IMG/VR virus record: IMGVR_UViG_3300034072_000758
Coordinates: 62,001 to 126,000 of that record
Reading direction: 5' to 3' (one strand)
DNA length: 64,000 nt
Position numbers and translations under genes: made by a program. Within the stretch, counting starts at the first letter, position 1. Each line of letters starts with the position of its first letter. The notes beneath the pieces were generated by a model. It did not search any database, was not told the origin of the DNA, and saw only the letters and a list, made by a program, of their open reading frames with translations. Of the stretch, positions 20,301 to 28,263 are shown in pieces.

Positions 20301-23300
20301 TTGTTCCAGCAGGGGTAGTCCAATACGGAATTGTTGGAACTTCGTCAGTTGGAAGTGTGAACGCAGGAGTCGTGTAACGGGCTGCATTGGTCATACGGAG
20401 ATCGTCAATATATCCAACAACACCCGAAGCGCTGTCACCCATCACGAACGCCGAATTAATAGCGGTTCTAGTGATGAAGTATGTACCAATACGGTATCCG
20501 TCAACGTATGCCGAAACATTCGATCCTTGGATCACATAAGCAATGTGTGTCCAGTCACTAATAGCATTCGACGTAGCGAATACGGTGGAACCACCTGCGC
20601 CGAGATAATGAGAAATGAACTCCAATTGACCATCCGAGTTAACGCGCAGGGCAACATAATCGGTGTCGGTCGCGGTCTTCTTCGAGAAGATATAACCGTA
20701 GTTACCCGAAGACGGTAAATTAGAAACTTTCACCCAGCCATCAATGGTGTACCCAACGGTATTTGCCGTATTTGCGAGATTGAGATTATAGTTCGCATCA
20801 TACGCAACCGAAGCATACGAAGTCGTAGTAGGCAGCGAAAGTGAACCCGCGCCGAACTGAACTTCACTTGTTGCCAGAGAAGCAGAGCCACCGGCTGTAA
20901 TCGCTGTACCGAAGAAGTCCAGAGCGATAGTGTCATTGAATTGAGCCAAGAACACAACTTGTTGCGAATAAACGTCTGTCTTATCAGCACTCGGAAGAAC
21001 AGTCATGGTGAAAGTTCTGTCCGCGAAGTTACCATCTTCGTCCGTTACACGAACATCGATAGAAGGCGTCAACAGTGTTTCAATGTTTACCGGAATACCA
21101 GAAATCAGACCCGAAGAAGAAAGGGTGAGAGCGGCTGGAAGTGTTGTGCCATTAACTAGAGCGTAAGTGAGTACATCATTATCTGCATCTGTAGCCGACA
21201 ACTGAACCGAAACGTTTGCGCTGTCTTGGAATGTCCCAATGTCGCCAGCGGGAGTGACCCACACCGGTCCTACGTTCTTCTTAACATCCAAGCTGAATGA
21301 TCTGGTAGACTTGTAACGACCATCCGATGCGTCTACATCGAATGTATAAACCGTGTCTACTGATACATCTGGTAACGCACCAATCAAGTAACCGTTAGCC
21401 AAGAGACCCAACGAGGATGGGAATGGGTTGTTAACAATGTTAGCCGAGTAAGCAACTGAGCTACCTTGGAGGTCTGTTGCCGACAAATGATAGGAGAATG
21501 GCTTGTTCTCTGTGCCTGTACCGATGATGCCCGCGTTCGTATTCCATACCGGAGCGCTATCATATCGGTTCAAGAAGGTGAAGGTTCTGTTGACTTGGAT
21601 CGAGCCATCGAAAGCACCAACTGACAACGAGTAGGTGGTATTAGCACCAACAACCGGCATAGTTCCAGAGATCACCCCGGTGTTAGGGTTAAACGTGATG
21701 CTTGATGGGAAACTATTGCTCATTTCCACGAGTGTCAGAGCATCACCATCCGGGTCAGTAGCAGAGATTGTTGCCGTGAATGGATAATCCATTAATGATG
21801 ATACCAGAAGACCCGCTGGTTGATTCCATACAGGTGCTCTATTCAGAGCGATAGTATAAGAGAACTCGCGGTCGGTATACTTGGTAGTGAGAGTATCTGT
21901 GGCGCGGGCTGAGAAATTGTAGGTAGTATCTTGGGTAATAACTGGTGTAGTACCAGTGATCAAACCATTAGCATTCAATGTCAAGCCTACAGGTAAAGCC
22001 CCGTTAGCTATAGTATATTCAATAGGATCACCATTGGCCACAGCCGTTAACTGAATAGATACTGATTTTTCTTGGCCCTCTGTTCCGAGACTACCGGCTG
22101 GGGTTACCCAAGACGGTGCTGAGTTAAACAGTGTCGTACCACGAAGGAGAACCGAATTGGTGTTGACCGAAAACTCACCCGGCTGATCCTTGACTGAAAC
22201 GTAGAACGAGTAGTCAGTATCTTCCAGAACTGGCAACAGTGTACCGGTAATCAAACCAGAGGTCGAAATAGACAACCCGGCTGGCAGTGTCCCATAGAAA
22301 TAAACACTATCTTCCGACTCTGGATCATAAGCATCCACTTGATATGAAACTGAACGGCCTTCGAAATCATTAAAGACTACAGTGTTAGCAACCGTATTGA
22401 ATACAGCCGGTTCATTTTTTAATACTGTAAAGTAGAAAGCTTTATCTTCATACGTATTACCATCTGACGCTCGGAATGTGACGTGATAATCGGTGTCTTC
22501 ATCCAATGGCGGTGACTTCGGTAATGTGCTTTGTGGGATGGTTTCAACAGTTTTTGAACCCGGTAGAATACGCATCCACCCCGGAATATCCGTAGAAATT
22601 ACAGAGTAGGTCATGGTCGAGTCGGGATCGTAAGCTGTTGGTGTAAACGAACCCGGATAACCTGAACGGAACGAACCCATATAAGCGTTTGATGTCCATA
22701 CAGGAGAAACGTTGTGCTTTACTTCAAAATCGAAAGTTTTTTGAACAGTCTCAAAACCGTCCGTAACCGATGCTACAAGCGTATAAACGTTCGATGTAGG
22801 TTCAGCGCCCAATGTACCGGAAACAAGGCGTGTAGCTGGGTTAAAAGTAATACCTGCCGGGAATGTGTTAGATATTTCGGCGTAGGTAAGCGTATCCAAA
22901 TCAAGGTCCGTGGCCGCAGGAATTACATAATTAATTGTGGTGTTTTCTTGATACGAACCCAAAGAGTTTGAAACGTTCCAAACTGGACCGGTGTTCTTGA
23001 TGAACGATACTTCGAACTCACGCATGATAGGCGGATTGACTTCATCCGATACCGTTACGTTGAAATAATAAGTAGCATTGGATTCGGATGGGGCAAACTG
23101 GCCGGAAATGATACCATTCGCCAAAGTGATAGTATTCGGTAAGTTCGTGTCAATTGTATCGAACTTGAGGACGGACTCTTCATTATCATCCGCAACTAAC
23201 TGTACAGAGAATGGGTGATTAGCGCGATACGCACCTATGCTGCCAGCCGGAATGATCCAGTATGGTGGTGTATTCTCTTCAACTTCAATGCTAAATTGAC

Positions 23301-25581
23301 GTGTAGAAGACTTAATACCATTATATGCTTCAACCGTGAACAGTTCGGTTCCAAATACGGTAGGTGTGCCATGAATTAGACCATTACCTTCCATAACCAA
23401 ACCAGTTGGGAGTTCACCCGAAACAACCGAGTACGCGATGTTTCCTGTGTTAGTACCAGTAGCAACAATCTGAGCGGTGTATGGTTTATCTACCAGAACG
23501 CTAGGTAGCGTAGTAGTGACGAATACTGGCGGCGAGTCATACTTAGATTCGATGGTAAAATCACGATAGACCGGTATCGGGTTGTCCTTATTATCCATCG
23601 CGGTCAAACGGAAAGAATATACGTAATCGTCCGTCCCCGGAACTGGTGGGAGATAACCTGTCAGAGCACCGGTGTTAGCATTCAAAGAAATACCAACCGG
23701 AAGGCTAAAGGATTGAGCAACGCCGTAACGCACAGTGTCACCATCTGGGTCTGTGGCCGAAACATTAGCGGTGAAGTATGTTTGTTCAACGCCCTGTCCG
23801 AGGCTTCCAGCAGGAGTTTGCCATTCAGGTAGATTGTTACCAAGGATGGTCATAGAGAACGTTCTGTTCACATTATTGACGCCATCCGAAGCACGGAATG
23901 TGACCGTGTATGTGGTATCATCTTCAATATGCGAAGGTGTGCCGCTAATACGAATACCAGATGGTTCATAAGCATAAACCAGACCCGGAACCAGATCACC
24001 AGATACATATGCGTATGTCATTGGGCGGTTGTTTGGGTCAGTCGCCGTCAGATTAATATCAGTGATGGCATTCGAGGCAGGGAAGGAACCAAGAGAACCC
24101 GCGTTGGAAACCCAAACTGGCGGAATATCGTCAAGAACTGTGAAATTGAAAAGTTTAGAAATCGATCCGGCTGGATTCGATGCTGTTACGGTAAAGTTAT
24201 ATACCAAATCACTTATGACCGGCAAAGCCGTACCTGTCATCAAACCAGTCGAAGACAAACTAAAACCGTCTGGCATATCATCGGATGAATAAGTAATCGA
24301 ATCGCTCGGATTAGCGGTGTCCGCAACAAACTGGAACGAGAACTCGGTGCCTTCCAGAGCGGAACCAATATTTGAGTTGGAAATCCAAGTTGGCACATCA
24401 ACGAATTGAATACGGATCGCCAATGTACGGGTCGCAACTAATCCGCTCTCGTCGGTAGCTGTAAAGGTTACGTTCTGAGTGCTGGTCGATGTCACTGGCG
24501 GGAGTGTGCCAGTGATCAAGCCGGAAGATGACAAAGAAAGACCTTCTGGCAGAGGCGTCGTGTTACCAAAGGTTACTGTCTCATACTCGTCTGTGGCGAC
24601 CAACTGGAAATTAACCGAAGTACCAGCATCGGCGTCGATGATACGACCTGTTGTAACCCATACCGGAGGAATATTCTTCACGGTGGTCATGGAGAATGTA
24701 GCCGAACGCGACTTCAAGCCATCCGAAGCTGTAACTTGGAAGCTATAGTTGTCGTTGTAGTTTTTGTTCAGAGCCAGTGTACCACTCAGGTGGCCATTAT
24801 CGAAGACCAATTCTGGTGGCAGAACGCCGGACGTGTGGGTAAAAGTAATCGTATCACCATTACCATCAGTAGCCTCGATATTGAGGTCAACCACCGCATT
24901 TTCTTGGTAACGACCCAAGTAGCTATCTGTTGTGAATACCGGAGCTTTGTTCGATGTTACCGAGAAGTTGAAGGATCGGTTGACCGACAGAGCGCCATCG
25001 GTGGCACGAAGAGTGAAAAAGTAGGTGAAATCATCATTCACGGGAGCCAGACGCCCCGACAGAAGACCGGTATTCGAAAGCGTCAGACCAGCAGGAAGAG
25101 TACCTGTTACTAAAGAGAAACGAACTGTTTCACCATCCGGGTCGGTGGCGACCAGTTGGACACTTACGTCAGTGCCGTCATATTGCATTCCGAGGCTACC
25201 GGCTGGGGTAACCCAAATCGGGGCTTGGTTTGCGCCAAGGTGGGCCGAGAAGCTTCTTTCGACAAATTGCTGACCACTTTCAGCACGGATCGTCCACACA
25301 GCATCTTCGGTGACGTTATCGATAGTACCGGTCATGGCTCCGGTATTAGCATTGATCGAAAGACCTGTTGGGAGAGCACCGGAAACCACCGAGAAAGATG
25401 GTGCTGGACCATTAGTGACACGAACGTAAACTGGAATATCCACGACTTGTCCACCAAGGAAGTTACCAATATCACCAGCGGGCGGAGCGATCCACTCTAT
25501 CGATGGTGCGGAAGTATTGTAATTCTTTGTGTGAACGATCTTTTTAATATGACCATCGTATTTGATACCCATGAGTGTCAA
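14305..25581 (-). CDS. Giant virion fibre/adhesin (3,758 aa; probable start 25572): tandem Ig-like repeats plus 7 LamG/ConA-like domains
   Basis: Repeated P-x-W-x-T-x-A-G-x-L-G / SG-x-LP-x-GL-x-L-x-x-x-G-x-I-x-G units, and seven (D)FT-x-E-x-W...W-x-H-x-A...D-x-R-x-T-x-G-V-A-R-Y modules. ATAAATA at 25605-25611 (-). Confidence 0.85.
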   Translation of the reverse strand: MTLMGIKYDGHIKKIVHTKNYNTSAPSIEWIAPPAGDIGNFLGGQVVDIPVYVRVTNGPAPSFSVVSGALPTGLSINANTGAMTGTIDNVTEDAVWTIRAESGQQFVERSFSAHLGANQAPIWVTPAGSLGMQYDGTDVSVQLVATDPDGETVRFSLVTGTLPAGLTLSNTGLLSGRLAPVNDDFTYFFTLRATDGALSVNRSFNFSVTSNKAPVFTTDSYLGRYQENAVVDLNIEATDGNGDTITFTHTSGVLPPELVFDNGHLSGTLALNKNYNDNYSFQVTASDGLKSRSATFSMTTVKNIPPVWVTTGRIIDADAGTSVNFQLVATDEYETVTFGNTTPLPEGLSLSSSGLITGTLPPVTSTSTQNVTFTATDESGLVATRTLAIRIQFVDVPTWISNSNIGSALEGTEFSFQFVADTANPSDSITYSSDDMPDGFSLSSTGLMTGTALPVISDLVYNFTVTASNPAGSISKLFNFTVLDDIPPVWVSNAGSLGSFPASNAITDINLTATDPNNRPMTYAYVSGDLVPGLVYAYEPSGIRISGTPSHIEDDTTYTVTFRASDGVNNVNRTFSMTILGNNLPEWQTPAGSLGQGVEQTYFTANVSATDPDGDTVRYGVAQSFSLPVGISLNANTGALTGYLPPVPGTDDYVYSFRLTAMDNKDNPIPVYRDFTIESKYDSPPVFVTTTLPSVLVDKPYTAQIVATGTNTGNIAYSVVSGELPTGLVMEGNGLIHGTPTVFGTELFTVEAYNGIKSSTRQFSIEVEENTPPYWIIPAGSIGAYRANHPFSVQLVADDNEESVLKFDTIDTNLPNTITLANGIISGQFAPSESNATYYFNVTVSDEVNPPIMREFEVSFIKNTGPVWNVSNSLGSYQENTTINYVIPAATDLDLDTLTYAEISNTFPAGITFNPATRLVSGTLGAEPTSNVYTLVASVTDGFETVQKTFDFEVKHNVSPVWTSNAYMGSFRSGYPGSFTPTAYDPDSTMTYSVISTDIPGWMRILPGSKTVETIPQSTLPKSPPLDEDTDYHVTFRASDGNTYEDKAFYFTVLKNEPAVFNTVANTVVFNDFEGRSVSYQVDAYDPESEDSVYFYGTLPAGLSISTSGLITGTLLPVLEDTDYSFYVSVKDQPGEFSVNTNSVLLRGTTLFNSAPSWVTPAGSLGTEGQEKSVSIQLTAVANGDPIEYTIANGALPVGLTLNANGLITGTTPVITQDTTYNFSARATDTLTTKYTDREFSYTIALNRAPVWNQPAGLLVSSLMDYPFTATISATDPDGDALTLVEMSNSFPSSITFNPNTGVISGTMPVVGANTTYSLSVGAFDGSIQVNRTFTFLNRYDSAPVWNTNAGIIGTGTENKPFSYHLSATDLQGSSVAYSANIVNNPFPSSLGLLANGYLIGALPDVSVDTVYTFDVDASDGRYKSTRSFSLDVKKNVGPVWVTPAGDIGTFQDSANVSVQLSATDADNDVLTYALVNGTTLPAALTLSSSGLISGIPVNIETLLTPSIDVRVTDEDGNFADRTFTMTVLPSADKTDVYSQQVVFLAQFNDTIALDFFGTAITAGGSASLATSEVQFGAGSLSLPTTTSYASVAYDANYNLNLANTANTVGYTIDGWVKVSNLPSSGNYGYIFSKKTATDTDYVALRVNSDGQLEFISHYLGAGGSTVFATSNAISDWTHIAYVIQGSNVSAYVDGYRIGTYFITRTAINSAFVMGDSASGVVGYIDDLRMTNAARYTTPAFTLPTDEVPTIPYWTTPAGTILTGTEDNTFTYNLVAVDSNNTGTMLYIANSTLGSNVALASNGLVSGRYLENIENTSLTVYSMDGLANKSRDRTFVITPTAKTVPTPYASNLYIHHRYNRSSNVLAENGSRPSRPTSISDTFTAWGVGVASGATIVADPQMGNNVLRLNQGIAYEASSNFLYTSPSTLEFWVKLDPTSPTTGSWYLFSQQSSGGGSGTLGERMNIIQNYTNNTITFSYFGTVCITVNSIIPLDQWTHVALTRNANNTFSLFIGGTLVGTSTAQATYPSWEGRLLAFNGASQSYNQATQSKICYMRGMMTWVGYTRYTANFTPSWNNFKAPLMNATVTLSGYEYANVSQTVVGYGWGNTSLTYSANGLSANLALSANGLISGRLPEYTTVSNATVTGSDGMSSAVTNVVYSILSSAPVWANTSNTFSGINGALVNSQLLATSPVSNPLSYALANGSIPNGLTLSNTGLLSGQINENTTSTFNFTTRVTDTVTTKFSDKDFRFGVTASDIYGSNVIVLMNMNTEYATANVPNELSNGLPVSQFITSTSNASVSSSQSKFGTGSLFVNSTNALRISNVADLVGDFTLETWVYPTTLPSSGTAVFSNRTGSNVANKMYVWIGQTGIVNLDGNDNSNSFTQNFGAGVSKVNLNAWSHIALVRQSGVFKVYVNGVLELTKNGWTSGAISPSTYWAVGSFRTDAMSNPSASLYFDDVRFTNGVARYTANFTAPTVENDTSFITPVMTTNVVTTYTTSDMVFFKDLGVVNRTNLPVTFGVTSGSLANGLVINSNGVITGTLGRIGNTSTVTSNAVVTMTDSYGRASSKSVSIVQSDADPLWSNVTILMNMDQTIGTAPADIKNSAVITQRVVSSTTGCVSNAVTKFGGKSLLTSLTTTSNYLNIGNITTMSGDFTIETWVYPTGVYSTSSNLLSIRSGSAASSPNEFVLGIHSSNALFLYFNSGYQFIGAANSMPLNTWHHIAVTRESGILKLWLNGSLIGSSAVLTGVIGSTVTAWTIGGSVFDGADWGWIGYVDEFRMTNGVARYRENFAVPSKAFPTEQTTLRWITAADQYVTTAGDNQIGLLADTKANGVVTYSIANGSALPSGMTVAANGMISGQPVSTGVTNTTITASGGNGFVTQDRTFTFTAVSTYDPFWANVTNLTYSNAVVGSIAKNVKTANSLTQTAASTTVGVNSNTVQRFGSNTMVFSSATNSYLVGNTTAMTGDFTMEAWFYPTTLAAWSTILGNRTTATATGTDYTIGVRDDASGPRGLYMYNNGAFIMSSGTGTVAVNTWHHFAITRTGTTLSMFLNGNRVAQATLAGTITFSGIGGMAYSNECFNGYIYDVRVTNGVNRYPSTTMSIPTTSYPRQDASPTWGAQPRVYLSNIYPTYTTLSAQSYGENIVYSMTNSAVLPDGITMTSNGVVGGKANAVAGTFTGTVNAKYTNAPNASVVTSSPVTFEIRNSVDPHWANVTALITGLNTANATVPIEVARGSTVLQEVVSNGSAVVSNMNSLYNGNVVYFQNSTGSGNGRGLFVGNIVQMSGDFTMEAWVYPTGVAATANSIIFACYPVGGSVAVQNWAMSIYAPSGSSSARAVIFTNGGVRIYTAAGGMSFNQWHHVALTREGSNTRIWVDGVGSDPITSFTGTVGSSTNEWGIGSYRLNNNHGFMGYMADIRISNGVARYNTTFNPTQYRAPTLDITPSFVDTNSIVVSSNVSSTETYNLSASMMSNDAVIHSVTSGTIPTGTTLNSNGILTGVTTDVPGTTRTFTVSATNGAKTNTTTVTANVTASIDPYWSNVVIHVNGDSGAVGSLPVDNKGNLITRNYGSTTTGVVSNAVTNNGFGNSIFITSSGTNQFLKVENAVAMSGDFTMEAWINATSFQTYNAVLTNYISPAGSGDIFFGVKGSNLVCGNTLNEIIGTSTLIPNAWYHIALTRSGGTTRMFLNGKLEATSTNAVWQVPIGGRSTSWSIGGYENTPASWNWWGYIDDVRITNGVARYIANFVPRNKPNPIG

Positions 25582-25698
25582 CCTTTATTAAAATATGAAC
25601 CAAGTATTTATCTTAGACTTATACCCGATTTTAACTTATATTAACTATGTTTTCAATTTTTTAGTTGACTCTGAATCTATAAATGTTACGAATTAGCA

Positions 25699-26070
25699 AT
25701 GAAAAGAATCAATATAACACCCATAGTTGAACACTTCATGTTCACTATCGCACTCAATCCTAAAAATTGGAATGGGACGTTATTGACGTGGGAATTACCC
25801 ACAGGTGAAATGAGGGCTTCCCTCAACGCCTTCGATATTATTGCGTCCATCCAAAATGTTGATGGGCTTCTTTGGCGAATTGTTCCAAAGAAAAAGACGG
25901 ATCGAGACGGTAATCGTATTTACACGTTGTCTGGGGCCGAACATATCGCGGAAGAACAAATAGCAATGGCCTTGCTGTTAGCAAAGCCATTGGGAAAGAA
26001 CCCGCCATTCCAACATATATTGGAGTATGATCCCGCGAAGCTTACGCGCTTGTACGGTCCTACCCGGTAA
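25699..26070 (+). CDS. Hypothetical protein
   Basis: 123-aa ORF; TTGACT upstream. Confidence 0.5.
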   Translation: MKRINITPIVEHFMFTIALNPKNWNGTLLTWELPTGEMRASLNAFDIIASIQNVDGLLWRIVPKKKTDRDGNRIYTLSGAEHIAEEQIAMALLLAKPLGKNPPFQHILEYDPAKLTRLYGPTR

Positions 26071-26428
26071 ACGGATAAAGCCGGACAGGAATGTTCAGCT
26101 TTTTCTCGTATCCGAGATCAGCAATGACTTTATTACTGTGAACGGGCTTCGCCCCAGCTTCACGGTCAATAGACCATGTGATGTGGTAGATACCTCCATC
26201 GGGGCGATGCTCAGACCCATCGATCTGAACGACCAGTGCTTGAACCTTGTCAGACTGGACCACATCAATGATCTTCCCTTCGGTGGGTTGTAGATCAAAA
26301 TCTGCCAGCACTTCACCCTTCGCCAGCATCTTGTACGTGACGTGGTGAGCCACTACGTCTGGGAACGTAGGTTCGATCTCTTGGAGAAGTTCATCCCGAT
26401 TTAAAGCCAGCCAGCCGATGTAAGCCAT
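26060..26428 (-). CDS. 2H-phosphoesterase-like protein
   Basis: Two H-x-T motifs (AHHVTY, YHITWS) about 60 aa apart. Start corrected to the ATG after the GGGA RBS. Confidence 0.6.
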   Translation of the reverse strand: MAYIGWLALNRDELLQEIEPTFPDVVAHHVTYKMLAKGEVLADFDLQPTEGKIIDVVQSDKVQALVVQIDGSEHRPDGGIYHITWSIDREAGAKPVHSNKVIADLGYEKKLNIPVRLYPFTG

Positions 26429-26482
26429 TTTAATATTCCCTTTTTCGTATAGTATAAAAATTGGTAAGGTTAAAAGCAAGAA

Positions 26483-26511
26483 AAAACGGGCCATCGCTGA
26501 CCCGTTTTTCC
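26483..26511 (-). terminator. Intrinsic terminator after mucR
   Basis: AAAAAACGGG-CCATCGCTGA-CCCGTTTTT. Confidence 0.65.
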
Positions 26512-26530
26512 AATCGCCGAAATTGTAGAA

Positions 26531-26992
26531 TTAAGCCGCTGCGGTTTCGGTCTTGGCCTTGCGCGAAACTTGGCGACCGCCTTGGCCGAGGCCCATTTGC
26601 TTGGCCAGTTCCGAACGGGCCTTGGCGTAAGCCGGGGCGACCATCGGGTAGTCGGCGGGCAGACCCCACTTGGCGCGATATTCGTCCGGCGTCATGCCGA
26701 GCTTGGCGAGGTGGCGCTTGAGCGACTTGAGCTTGCGACCGTCATCCAGACAGATCAGGAAGTCATTGGTGATCGACTTCTTGACCGAGACGGCGGGTTC
26801 AGCCGGGGTCGAGGGCGTGACGGCGACGGCGGGGGAGATAGCGCTGACGAGAGCTTGGTGAACCGAGGAAATCAGGGCCGGGAGTTCGGCGGACGGCAGG
26901 GTGTTATTACCGACATAGGCAGCGACGATGCGCGAGGCGTGATCGGCGACGGATGCGGTATTCGAGGGAGCGGTTTGGGTTTCGGTAGTCAT
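26531..26992 (-). CDS. mucR: Ros/MucR family transcriptional regulator
   Basis: ASRIVAAYVGNN..., PAVSVKKSITNDFLICLDDGRKLKSLKRHL, MTPDEYRAKWGLPADYPMVAPAYA...RSELAKQMGLGQ is the hallmark MucR sequence; GGAGA RBS. Confidence 0.95.
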   Translation of the reverse strand: MTTETQTAPSNTASVADHASRIVAAYVGNNTLPSAELPALISSVHQALVSAISPAVAVTPSTPAEPAVSVKKSITNDFLICLDDGRKLKSLKRHLAKLGMTPDEYRAKWGLPADYPMVAPAYAKARSELAKQMGLGQGGRQVSRKAKTETAAA

Positions 26993-27122
26993 GGTTTGGT
27001 AGTCTCCTAAAAGTGCTGGAACGATCAGCTTGGGATAGTCACCCTAATATTGGGTAGTTCGTTTCGTCTCCGAACTAATGACTTGAGAATACTACAAGAA
27101 AAAATGCTGTCAACTAGATTTC

Positions 27123-27476
27123 TCAAAAAAATTTCGATTTTCTTAGATCACTTACCAAAATCCCTTGAACCGAAAAGGTTTCTTCAAACAAAACTACGTC
27201 TTCCAATGTCTCAAATAGCAAGAAAACGTCCTTTTTGTTAGGGTCAAATGGCATGATTTCAGGATAGGTACTGTAGGGCCATTCGTTCCCCATATACCAT
27301 TTTCCTTCGGTCGTATCGAATAACCAGTCGGTTACTTCTTTCTGGAAGTTAACCATGTCTATACCACGAACACAATCACCTTGGATTCGGTAGCAATAAT
27401 GCTCCGCTTCAAATCCGTAGTAATTAATGATCGGTGACATGAAATTTTTATCTCCAAAGATTCGTATCAGAATCAA
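27123..27476 (-). CDS. Hypothetical protein
   Basis: 117-aa ORF with a family-like FLLFETLEDVVLF motif. Confidence 0.5.
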   Translation of the reverse strand: MILIRIFGDKNFMSPIINYYGFEAEHYCYRIQGDCVRGIDMVNFQKEVTDWLFDTTEGKWYMGNEWPYSTYPEIMPFDPNKKDVFLLFETLEDVVLFEETFSVQGILVSDLRKSKFF

Positions 27477-27580
27477 ATACTACCACTGAATATAAAAAAA
27501 GTATAGTCATTTGAGTCAATTAAAATTGACTCTCGTAAAAATGATTCATTACACTGTCGCTTAATGGCCTCTAAATAGAA

Positions 27581-28258
27581 GTCATTCGGTAACTCGTGAT
27601 GGAGTTGCTGGCATAGTGATCAGATGTATACTAGCCTCTAACATCAGGCTAAAACGGCGTCCGGGGAACATGACCCGGCCTATGAGACAGGTCAGTCGAA
27701 CGGAAATGAATAGTCAGGAACGCTCCCCCGCCTGATAAAAGTTAAACCGCATATCCTTTCAAGGGATATGAAACCGTCTAAAAGGAATCCTACAAAACCT
27801 TGAAAATTAGGAATGTAGGTGTCACCTTCCACATGTATAACGCATTGTGGGAGTGGCGCTGACGCCGCGAAAGCGGTAGTCTAACCGATGTCTGATTACA
27901 AATATCATTATGAGATATTCGGCCTGTTTGATCCGCGAGGAACCTACAGGAGTGTGGCGAATAAACTAAGGGATCGATGATCCTAGTCAATGTTCTATGC
28001 CCCGTATCTCCCCTTTAACCGGCCAAATTAGGGCGTGGCACAATGTATGTAATTATGGGATGACCGTAGAGAGGGTAAGGAATACGCATCCGCCTTACCA
28101 TGTTCGGAAACATCAATCCGAACTTCGCGGCTCGTTATCAATGTGGAAATATTGCTTCATCCCCCGTGAGATAATTTTTTACTACGCCCATAGTGTAATG
28201 GGGTAAAAATATTTGTCTCGCGGGGGGAGATAAAGCTTCTATGGTAATACGGAATGAA
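27581..28258 (+). ncRNA. Candidate large structured ncRNA (~680 nt), family unassigned
   Basis: No convincing ORF. CTAAATA late motif at 27571-27577. 5' TCATTCGGTA (27582-27591) pairs with 3' TACGGAATGA (28248-28257) at 9 of 10 positions. Many internal hairpins. Confidence 0.6.
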
Positions 28259-28263
28259 TTATG

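Noticed and set aside
14305-25581. Diversity-generating retroelement target or DNA-level tandem repeats in the fibre gene
   Set aside because: Repeats are visible only at protein level. No reverse transcriptase or near-identical template/variable repeat pair was noticed in the window.
14941-25644. Many 60-255-aa plus-strand ORFs inside the giant fibre gene, and similar shadow ORFs in nrdB, guaC, baseplate and SPFH genes
   Set aside because: Antisense or alternate-frame artefacts of long coding sequence; no independent signals.
26483-27050. Mobile element or prophage boundary around the GC-rich mucR gene
   Set aside because: No terminal repeats, transposase, integrase or att-like duplication seen. 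Other phage genes (SPFH, Rnl1) show similarly GC-rich codons.
27581-28258. tmRNA, RNase P RNA, or group I/II intron
   Set aside because: No tRNA-like CCA end with tag ORF, no GAGGAAAGTCC-type RNase P core, no group II 5' GTGCG or domain V, and no interrupted host gene were recognised. Left unassigned pending a covariance search.
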